DNA from: Candidatus Colwellbacteria bacterium CG10_big_fil_rev_8_21_14_0_10_42_22
GTDB taxonomy: Bacteria > Patescibacteriota > Minisyncoccia > UBA6257 > Colwellbacteraceae
Length of the DNA stretch: 64,000 nucleotides
Direction of reading: 5' to 3'
Assembly: GCA_002773725.1 (NCBI GenBank)
Contig: PFAH01000007.1
Coordinates: 19,485-83,484, forward strand
Shown: positions 30,796 through 37,631 of the stretch, piece by piece
How the letters are laid out: every line of letters starts with the position of its first letter
Numbering within the stretch: position 1 is the stretch's first letter
The notes under the pieces: generated by a model
Seen by the model: only the letters and a program-made list of their open reading frames with translations
The model's database searches: none
Told to the model about the DNA's origin: nothing
Made by a program: the position numbers and the translations under genes

Positions 30796-31305
30796 ATGCA
30801 AAAACGAGAAAAAATAACAAAAGAATATGTTCTTGGCATCGTTGAAAGCGAAGGAAGATTCACTTTTTCTACCAGAACAAGGAAATTGGCCAACAAAACG
30901 GTTATTCAAACCAGGGTTCCTACGTTCTCAATAAACATGCACGAAGACAATAGAAATCTATTAGAGCTAGTCAAAAAACAAATGGGCTTAGAGAATAAGA
31001 TATATATCTATAAATCTAAGGATAAAGATGGTTATAATCGGGCTAAAAAAGCCCTTCTAATAGTTAGGGGGTACGGAGCTATTAAAAACATAGTAGTTCC
31101 ATATTTCTATGGACAACTTGTGGGCGGAAAAGCGATCCAATTTAAGCAATGGATAGAGAGAATGGGGGACGATCCACTGGTTGCGGACGGCTACGGACTT
31201 ATTTGTCGCCTGCACAAGAATGGATATTATGCTAAAAATCCTAAATTTTCCGACAACCTTGTAAAACGTGAAAAGTCGAAATCTCCAAAATCGACAAAAA
31301 CCTAG
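30796..31305 (+). CDS. Free-standing LAGLIDADG-type homing-endonuclease-like protein (single motif)
   Basis: KEYVLGIVESEGRF is a LAGLIDADG-like motif in the same N-terminal position as in I-CreI. The 169-aa length matches the homodimeric class. Confidence 0.45.
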   Translation: MQKREKITKEYVLGIVESEGRFTFSTRTRKLANKTVIQTRVPTFSINMHEDNRNLLELVKKQMGLENKIYIYKSKDKDGYNRAKKALLIVRGYGAIKNIVVPYFYGQLVGGKAIQFKQWIERMGDDPLVADGYGLICRLHKNGYYAKNPKFSDNLVKREKSKSPKSTKT

Positions 31306-31427
31306 TGTTTAAGCGCCAACCCGGTTCTTCGCAATTGTGAAGAAGCTGTGAAAAAGACCACGTATATACTAATTAGTCAATAAAACTGTTAGGAAACTGT
31401 GCAAAATGCCTTAATACGGAAGGTAAA

Positions 31428-31450
31428 CGGCAATGGATATGCCATTGCCG
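31428..31450. promoter_or_regulatory. Inverted repeat cggcaatgg-atatg-ccattgccg, candidate operator upstream of the DGR target promoter
   Basis: 9-bp perfect arms read from the sequence. Identical 10-mers GGAAACTGTG also sit at 31392 and 31461. Confidence 0.35.
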
Positions 31451-31533
31451 AATAACTTGTGGAAACTGTGGATTACTTCGCAACTGTACCCTTACCACAT
31501 AATCTCCGATCTCTAGGAAAAAGTATCAGATAG

Positions 31534-31562
31534 TTGACAAATAATCATTAATGTGATATTCT
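31534..31562 (+). promoter_or_regulatory. Sigma70-like promoter for the DGR target gene
   Basis: Perfect -35 TTGACA (31534-31539), 17-nt spacer, extended -10 tgaTATTCT. A 13-bp-stem hairpin at 31610-31655 lies in the 5' UTR. RBS aaggaga sits 7 nt before the ATG at 31687. Confidence 0.45.
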
Positions 31563-31686
31563 ACACACTGTAGAAGATCGTACCTTAACTTCGCTACTTG
31601 CATATATCTGTTGCAGCTTTTATTGGATAATCTCTTGTCCCATAAAAGCTGCAACAGGGCAGCTCAACAAGAAAAGGAGAATCGTC

Positions 31687-32274
31687 ATGGCTATCAAGGT
31701 CACCGGCGGTCTGTACGAGTCGCTGATGCGACAGATTGCCGAGATCATGCGGCAGATCCACCAACCCGGTGGTTACCCGTTCGATCCGGCTCGTCTTCAC
31801 CAGGGGCTCCAGCGTCTCATCGAGGGTTTGATGGACAGCGCGGCCTCTGCTACCTACCCCATCACTGTGGACTACGGCCTCTCGGTCGAAGCCATGGTGA
31901 AGGCCGGTCGGTACGACTGGGTGAACGACTACATCACATCTCGCAACTTTCCCACCAAGAAGAAGGGGAAGAAGCAGGTCGTGGTGGAGTTGATCCACCT
32001 CAACCGTTCCGTCTCGACAGACGACGCGCTCAAGGAACTCGACAAGATGGGCATGAGGCCCGCCGAGCTTCACGAGCTTCTCGCGCTCGGTCAGATGTAC
32101 CCCGAGCTCCAGCGGGAATTCCCCGTGGTTGCTCTTGGTTCCGTCTGGCAGAACCCGAACGGCAATCGCTACGTTTCGTACCTCAGCAGGGACGATTCGG
32201 AGCGGAACCTGTACCTCGACTGGTTCGAGGTCGACTGGTACGGGTTCTTTCGCTTCGCTGCCGTCCGCAAGTAG
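31687..32274 (+). CDS. DGR target (variable) protein, probable C-type-lectin/FGE-like fold with C-terminal VR
   Basis: 195 aa, good RBS, about 60% GC. The C-terminus ...WQNPNGNRYVSYLSRDDSERNLYLDWFEVDWYGFFRFAAVRK ends in a GFxRxA-like CLec motif and contains the VR. Confidence 0.8.
   Translation: MAIKVTGGLYESLMRQIAEIMRQIHQPGGYPFDPARLHQGLQRLIEGLMDSAASATYPITVDYGLSVEAMVKAGRYDWVNDYITSRNFPTKKKGKKQVVVELIHLNRSVSTDDALKELDKMGMRPAELHELLALGQMYPELQREFPVVALGSVWQNPNGNRYVSYLSRDDSERNLYLDWFEVDWYGFFRFAAVRK
32135..32269 (+). repeat. DGR variable repeat (VR)
   Basis: 135 bp aligning with the TR at 32597-32731. There are 14 differences and every one corresponds to an adenine in the TR (A->G or A->T). Confidence 0.85.
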
Positions 32275-32313
32275 CTGGTCCTTGGGACCTTTGCCCTTTG
32301 GACTCCGAAAGGG

Positions 32314-32345
32314 AAGCCTCCGGTGTGTTCGCACACCGGAGGCTT
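32314..32345 (+). terminator. Strong hairpin 45 nt after the VR (14-bp stem, UUCG tetraloop). Intrinsic terminator and/or DGR target-recognition hairpin.
   Basis: aagcctccggtgtg-ttcg-cacaccggaggctt followed by ttgcgtttc. Confidence 0.7.
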
Positions 32346-32596
32346 TTGCGTTTCTAATTGGGAAGATACAATCAAAGAGGATAGTAGGTGTGTGTGCGTA
32401 AGGTTAAGGCTTTGCGCCATCGAATTCCGGATCTTGGAAATCGGAATGTGGAAAGTTAAACTCTCCCCATAATGTATTTCTTTGTATCCTTAAAAATGAA
32501 GCTACTTGGTGCAAGATATTAAGGAACTTTAGATTCCGGATAAGATACAACCCTAAGAGTATTCAAGGGGTGGTGGCATAGATGATATTTTGTACA

Positions 32597-32731
32597 TTGG
32601 TTCCGTCTGGCAGAACCCGAACGGCAATCACAACGTTTCGTACCTCAACAGGAACGATTCGAAGCGGAACCTGAACCTCAACTGGATCGAGAACGACTGG
32701 AACGAGATCTATCGCTTCGCTGCCGTCCGCA
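32597..32731 (+). repeat. DGR template repeat (TR)
   Basis: Adenine-containing copy of the VR, rich in AAC codons. Followed by an 8-bp-stem hairpin plus T-run at 32747-32775. Confidence 0.85.
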
Positions 32732-32754
32732 GCTCGCTTCGTTTTTCTCCACCG

Positions 32755-33153
32755 CTAGTCGGTGGAGTTTTCTTTTGAAAGTTGTCTCAACCAACCACCG
32801 AGCATTTTTCCTATCTCGTTAAGTTTTTCTGATAAAGCGATATATTTTTTGTTATCGAGTGCTTTTATCTCCCAGGCAATTTGTAAGAAAAATTTGAGCA
32901 AATCTAGTTTCATAATAGCCTGCCGAACGTAAGGAACCTTCTGAGTTTTATAAAACTGACTTGCAAGAAGCGCGGATTCCATGACCTCTATGAGTAGTAA
33001 ATCTATTCTCTCACCCAATGTATATCTAGAAGTTTTTGAAAAGTGAGGCAAGAAGTTATGCCATACTTTATACGCATCAATGAGCTTTTGGATTACAGGT
33101 AAAGCCCCAGCTGGAGCAACGCGAGATTTCTTATGAGAATGAAGTTTATCCAT
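32755..33153 (-). CDS. avd: Avd-like accessory variability determinant (four-helix-bundle protein)
   Basis: 132 aa. The pattern ...LLKFFLQIAWEI...KLNEIGKMLGGWLRQL resembles Bordetella phage Avd/TIGR02436. Its strand is opposite to the RT. Confidence 0.7.
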   Translation of the reverse strand: MDKLHSHKKSRVAPAGALPVIQKLIDAYKVWHNFLPHFSKTSRYTLGERIDLLLIEVMESALLASQFYKTQKVPYVRQAIMKLDLLKFFLQIAWEIKALDNKKYIALSEKLNEIGKMLGGWLRQLSKENSTD

Positions 33154-34170
33154 ACATTCGAAGACATTATTGGGCTTGAAAATCTACTGGAGGCGTGGGG
33201 AGAATTTGTGAAAGGAAAACGTGGGAAACATGATGTGCAAGAATTTTCACTTCACTTAATGGACAATATTTTCAAGCTTCACGCTGAGCTTTTGCATCAT
33301 ACCTATAGGCACGGCGGGTATCAAGCATTTAATATCTGCGATCCCAAACCGAGAAATATCCATAAAGCGAGAGTGCGTGATAGATTGCTCCACCACGCGA
33401 TTCACAGAAAGCTTTATCCATTTTTTGATAAGATTTTTATTCAGGATTCGTACTCTTGCCGCGTTGATAAAGGAACACATAAGGCACTTAACCGATTCAG
33501 AAATTTTGCTTATAAAGTGAGTAAAAACAATACGAGGGCGTGCTGGGTGTTGAAGTGCGATATAAGAAAATTTTTCGCGAATATTAACCACACAACTTTG
33601 ATGAAAATTCTACAAAAATATATTAGAGATAAAGATATTATTTGGCTTCTTGAGGAAGTGATAGAAAGCTTTTCTGTTGGAAGAATTGATGTTGGTCTGC
33701 CATTGGGGAACCTAACCTCACAACTTTTTGTGAATGTGTATATGAATGAATTTGATCAATTTGCTAAACACAGGTTGAAGGCAAGGTATTATATCCGCTA
33801 CGCAGATGACTTTGTATTACTTTCAGAAAACAAAGAATTATTGAGAAAACAAATAAACCTAATTGGAATTTTTTTGAAAGAGAAGTTATCTCTTGAATTA
33901 CATCCACACAAAGTTTCTATTAAATCACTGGCCTCTGGAATCGATTTTTTGGGTTGGGTTCATTTCTCGGATCATAGGGTGCTGAGGACACAAACGAAAC
34001 GAAGGGTAATAAGGCGTGTAAGAGCACATCCTACACCAGAAACTTTTAACTCATACCTGGGACTTCTGCGTCATGGGAATACGTATAAGATCAGATTGGG
34101 AATCCAAAGGACATTTATTCTTTCTGGGGGTGTTCCCAATAATGTTGACGAAGATCTTAGTGGAGCCTAG
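33133..34170 (+). CDS. DGR-type reverse transcriptase
   Basis: The N-terminus aligns with Brt (ENLLEAW...GKRGK). DGR-specific motif LPLGNLTSQLFVNVY and catalytic YADDFV are present. Confidence 0.9.
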   Translation: MRMKFIHTFEDIIGLENLLEAWGEFVKGKRGKHDVQEFSLHLMDNIFKLHAELLHHTYRHGGYQAFNICDPKPRNIHKARVRDRLLHHAIHRKLYPFFDKIFIQDSYSCRVDKGTHKALNRFRNFAYKVSKNNTRACWVLKCDIRKFFANINHTTLMKILQKYIRDKDIIWLLEEVIESFSVGRIDVGLPLGNLTSQLFVNVYMNEFDQFAKHRLKARYYIRYADDFVLLSENKELLRKQINLIGIFLKEKLSLELHPHKVSIKSLASGIDFLGWVHFSDHRVLRTQTKRRVIRRVRAHPTPETFNSYLGLLRHGNTYKIRLGIQRTFILSGGVPNNVDEDLSGA

Positions 34171-35145
34171 AATTCCCAAAAGAAACGTTAGAATAAGGAT
34201 GAAGAAAATAAACTTTGTTGAACTTTTGAAGAAGGTAATAAAACATCGACTAGGCGTAAAAACCGCTCCCTGTCGTTGTGTCGATTGTTATAGTGGAAAA
34301 CAAAGCCGTCCAAGTAAGTCTGTAGATACTTCTTCGAAATAACCTTGTGGGTGCCCTTGGTGCTTCTTTTAACGTGAGACCAAAAAGATTCTAGAGTATT
34401 CGTATGAATATCGCCTTTTACAAACTCTTTTAGGTTGTGCTGAACTGTGTGGCGGTGGTATCCAATAGCAACCTTATCGTATCTATTGCTCTCATCAGTT
34501 AATAAACGCTTATTCAAGACAGGGTTTACGTTCCGATCTAGGAAGCTACCAATAGTCTTTGCCCTATCGTTTGGCGAGACTTCTGCTCTCATTTCACCGC
34601 CTCGCTCAACCGCTCCGATAATGACGGACTTGTTTTGCATAGCTTGGCTACGATTTAGGTTTTGTACTCCACCCCTTTTTCGTCCGCCATACCAAGTCTC
34701 ATCCATTTCTACATCGCCTTCTAGAAATCTTTTGTCTTGCACTAAAGACTTGCGGATGAAGTGGAGCATACGCCACGCTGTTTTATAGGTAACGCCTAGT
34801 TGTCGTTCGACCTCTTTAGCTGAAATACCGCTTTTAGCGTTAGAAAATAGGAGGATAGTATAAAACCACAAGTTAAGAGGTGTGGCGCTCTTATGGAAGA
34901 TTGTGCCCGCAGTGGGGGCTATCTGGAACCTACACTTAGAGCATTGAAACTGTCGTCTATCTTTGAGTAAGGAGTAGTCGCCACCACAAGAACACTTACG
35001 AGAATGTAGGGTGTCGAATATGAAGTCTAGGCAATTCTTTTCTGTGCCAAAATCCTTCTTTAAGTCCCTAATTCCATACTTATCTATTTGAGCCATACCC
35101 TTATTATAAGGTATGCTAATTATGTTGTCAAGGGATAGGCGTGGA
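34171..35145 (-). mobile_element. Putative IS1595-family insertion sequence; ends not defined
   Basis: The transposase gene fills the whole gap between the RT stop (34170) and the uppS stop (35146). No terminal inverted repeats could be identified by eye. Confidence 0.35.
34188..35096 (-). CDS. IS1595-family transposase
   Basis: N-terminal zinc ribbon (CSCGG...CSKC), DDE region (DETWYGG) and C-terminal YLDGFVFHYNNRHN. Confidence 0.8.
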   Translation of the reverse strand: MAQIDKYGIRDLKKDFGTEKNCLDFIFDTLHSRKCSCGGDYSLLKDRRQFQCSKCRFQIAPTAGTIFHKSATPLNLWFYTILLFSNAKSGISAKEVERQLGVTYKTAWRMLHFIRKSLVQDKRFLEGDVEMDETWYGGRKRGGVQNLNRSQAMQNKSVIIGAVERGGEMRAEVSPNDRAKTIGSFLDRNVNPVLNKRLLTDESNRYDKVAIGYHRHTVQHNLKEFVKGDIHTNTLESFWSHVKRSTKGTHKVISKKYLQTYLDGFVFHYNNRHNDRERFLRLVDVLLPSSKVQQSLFSSSLF

Positions 35146-35862
35146 TTACTTGCCGAAACGCCTTTCCCTTTGAGAATATTGCTTAATTAGTCCTAAAAAG
35201 TCCTCTTTTGTGAAGTCCGGCCAATTTTTCTTTGCAAAATGAAGAATCGCGTCTTTCGTGTGCCACATCATAAATCCAGTGCTGTTGTGTGGCACTGTTG
35301 GATCTTCTGCACCTGTTCTTATCACTAAATCAACTTGAGGCAAATCTTTGGTCCAAAGATAGTTTTTAATTGTTTCACCTGTTACTTTTTTGCCATCTTT
35401 AATTGCAGAATTCATGGCAGATACCATTTCCCTGTCGCCGTTGTATCCGATTAGGTAGGTAAGAAAATGTCTTGAGTGCTTTCTGGTCGCCCCTTCTAGT
35501 TCTTGGATGGCGTCCCTTGTTTTTTTTGAGAGAAGGATTGGCCACTCTCCAATGAGACGCACGCAAATTTCATTTTCATAAATATCCCTGTTCTTCAAAC
35601 CTCTTTGAGCCCAAGGTCTATACATGTACTCGTCAAGAAACTTTATTTCTGTCGGCGTCCGTTTTGTAAGGTTGTTATATGACCCGCCCCAGATGGTTAG
35701 ATATTTAATTCCTGCGTCTACGGCGACCCTTGATATTTCTTCAACTACTTCTGCTCCGCGAGCGTGCCCTTCTTGCGGTTTGAGTCCATGGGCTTTTGCC
35801 CAACGCCTATTCCCATCAATAATTATGGCTACATGTTTTGGTAGAGAAGAATCCTTAGACAT
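35146..35862 (-). CDS. uppS: Undecaprenyl-diphosphate synthase (isoprenyl transferase)
   Basis: HVAIIIDGNRRWA and the UPPS fold. The ORF-track start at 35952 is probably an over-extension; MSKDSS at 35862 is the likelier start. Confidence 0.85.
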   Translation of the reverse strand: MSKDSSLPKHVAIIIDGNRRWAKAHGLKPQEGHARGAEVVEEISRVAVDAGIKYLTIWGGSYNNLTKRTPTEIKFLDEYMYRPWAQRGLKNRDIYENEICVRLIGEWPILLSKKTRDAIQELEGATRKHSRHFLTYLIGYNGDREMVSAMNSAIKDGKKVTGETIKNYLWTKDLPQVDLVIRTGAEDPTVPHNSTGFMMWHTKDAILHFAKKNWPDFTKEDFLGLIKQYSQRERRFGK

Positions 35863-35960
35863 AGATTCATGTTGCCCTAAGAACGGGCTACATATCAAGT
35901 GGTTTGTTTTTAATAAAACAAAGAAACCTCTTAAAATTCCTTTAGTGCTCACGGAAACAA

Positions 35961-35985
35961 AAAGAGCTCTGGAGAGCTCTTTTTG
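35961..35985 (-). terminator. Intrinsic terminator after the basic mini-ORF
   Basis: agagctc-tgga-gagctct flanked by A/T runs. Confidence 0.5.
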
Positions 35986-35999
35986 TTAAGAAAGATAAA

Positions 36000-36140
36000 C
36001 TATCTTTTCCTCTTTTTTGAAACAGCTTTTCTCTTAGCGGGTTTCTTCTTAGCCACTTTCTTTTTAGGGGCAACTCTCTTCTTAGCCACCCTCTTTTTAG
36101 GAGCGGCTTTCTTTTTTGCCACCTTCTTTTTTGTGGGCAT
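36000..36140 (-). CDS. Putative 46-aa lysine-rich histone H1-like basic protein
   Basis: Minus-strand translation gives MPTKKKVAKKKAAPKKRVAKKRVAPKKKVAKKKPAKRKAVSKKRKR*. A terminator follows. Under 60 aa, so absent from the ORF track. Confidence 0.35.
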   Translation of the reverse strand: MPTKKKVAKKKAAPKKRVAKKRVAPKKKVAKKKPAKRKAVSKKRKR

Positions 36141-36275
36141 ATAATTCTTTATAAATGTTTGGTAGCGGTGAGTGGCGACTACCCATACCCCCTACTTATT
36201 TAATTTTCAACCCAACAACCCTTTTGTGCAATATGTTAATAAGTATTTTCCACAACGAGTTAAAATAGAAAAACT

Positions 36276-36845
36276 ATGCTGGTCATATATGCTCATCCAA
36301 ATAAAAAGGGGAACAATGGATACATTCTTAAAACCCTTCAAAGACTACTTGATAAGAAAAAGATAGAATATAAAATCCTTGATTTATACGAGATGAACTT
36401 CGGTCCCGTTTTAAAACCGAAGGAACACTATACATCTGGCGAAAACAAGATAGGGGAAGATGTTAAGAAGATTCAGGAACTGATGAAGACGGAAGACAAA
36501 TTCATATTTATATATCCAACTTGGTGGAACGGCACTCCAGCTATTCTAAAGGGATTCTTTGATAGGGTTCTTACTCCTGGGTATGCATATAGATATGTAA
36601 ACCACATCCCCCTAGGTCTTTTAAAAGGAAGAGCGGTCGTGATAACAACCACAGGAGGACCTAAAATTTATGAGAAAACATTTGCTGGTGATAAATCTTT
36701 GAGGGTAGTAATTCGAGACACCCTTTTATTCTCTGGAATTAAAGCCAAGGGATTCATGATAGATAGGGCGACCACCCTTTCCAACAGAAACAAAAGATTG
36801 ATAGAAAAAACAATTCCCAAAGCACTTAAATATTTGGGATTATAA
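36276..36845 (+). CDS. Flavodoxin-like-fold NAD(P)H-dependent oxidoreductase
   Basis: MLVIYAHPNKKGNNGYI... and ...IYPTWWNGTPAILKGFFDRV... are typical of this fold. Confidence 0.6.
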   Translation: MLVIYAHPNKKGNNGYILKTLQRLLDKKKIEYKILDLYEMNFGPVLKPKEHYTSGENKIGEDVKKIQELMKTEDKFIFIYPTWWNGTPAILKGFFDRVLTPGYAYRYVNHIPLGLLKGRAVVITTTGGPKIYEKTFAGDKSLRVVIRDTLLFSGIKAKGFMIDRATTLSNRNKRLIEKTIPKALKYLGL

Positions 36846-36867
36846 AAACACCCCGCAAGGGGTGTTT
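36846..36867 (+). terminator. Intrinsic terminator
   Basis: aaacacccc-gcaa-ggggtgttt directly after the stop codon. Confidence 0.6.
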
Positions 36868-36872
36868 CTGAT

Positions 36873-36951
36873 TGGTGGGTGCTGAGGGATTCGAACCCCC
36901 GACCTCCTCGGTGTAAACGAGGCGCTCTAGCCAACTGAGCTAAGCACCCGC
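36873..36951 (-). tRNA. tRNA-Val (anticodon TAC), CCA encoded
   Basis: The reverse complement folds as a cloverleaf with anticodon loop cTTTACAc, T-loop GGTTCGAATCC and 3' CCA. Confidence 0.85.
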
Positions 36952-37203
36952 CTCGACCCGCTCGGCGGGGCAGGCCCACACTCTCAAGATTATCCAAAAG
37001 CAGTCGTGTTTGTCTAGTTGGTTCCCCTAAATGGATGCGCCTGCCTGCCGGCAGGCAGGCCATACCTACGGTAGGCAGGTTTACTGTGTCCGCCTGAGGC
37101 GGATTGCTGTTTATTATCCAAGCAAAGCTTGGATAAACAGGGAAAACTCTGGACTGGGCGGGTATTAAGAGGGATTTGGAAAAATTCAGTTATAATTTGA
37201 CGT

Positions 37204-37533
37204 ATGGCATTCGTGCATCAGCATAAAAGAAAAAGGGTCTATAGGGATCTTGAGCCGTATCCCCATGTAAAAATCTACTATAGAGTTTTGGACAATGTTG
37301 TGTCTGTTGTCTCAGTAGTAGCGCCTCTCTCAGTTATCCCACAAATGTGGAACATTTGGGCTAATCGTCAAGCAGTAGACGTTTCATTATTAACCTGGAG
37401 TTTGTTTTTGTTATTTACCCTACCCCTACTTCTTTATTCTATTGCCCACAGAGATAAACGATTGATTACTATGTATTCCCTGAATACGCTTTTTAATATT
37501 GTAATTGTCTTGGGGATTATTCTGTTCAACTAA
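37204..37533 (+). CDS. Small 3-TM PQ-loop (SemiSWEET-like) membrane protein
   Basis: 109 aa, three predicted TM helices and a PQ motif (VIPQMWNIW). Confidence 0.4.
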   Translation: MAFVHQHKRKRVYRDLEPYPHVKIYYRVLDNVVSVVSVVAPLSVIPQMWNIWANRQAVDVSLLTWSLFLLFTLPLLLYSIAHRDKRLITMYSLNTLFNIVIVLGIILFN

Positions 37534-37536
37534 AAG

Positions 37537-37627
37537 CTCCCCATCGTGGACGACGTTAGAACCTATTTCGTTGAATTAAACCTAGAAACATGACTCCCTA
37601 GTGAACGATGTTAGAGCCCGTTTTATG
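37537..37627. repeat. Intergenic repeat copy A (core GCTCCCCatcgtGGACGACGTTAGAACCT plus gaacGATGTTAGAGCCCGTTT)
   Basis: Shared with copies at 38846-38940 and 39361-39390. Confidence 0.6.
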
Positions 37628-37631
37628 GGCT

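Noticed and set aside
31594-32401. Long overlapping ORFs on both strands across the DGR target gene (31594..32334 minus, 31611..32357 plus, 32129..32401 plus)
   Set aside because: Typical stop-codon-poor antisense or out-of-frame ORFs in about 60% GC DNA with R/H/L/P-rich nonsense composition. Only 31687..32274 (+) has an RBS, sensible composition and the VR/TR relationship.
36668-37063. 131-aa minus-strand ORF
   Set aside because: Runs straight through the tRNA-Val gene and the palindromic GC region. Arg/Gly-rich artefact.
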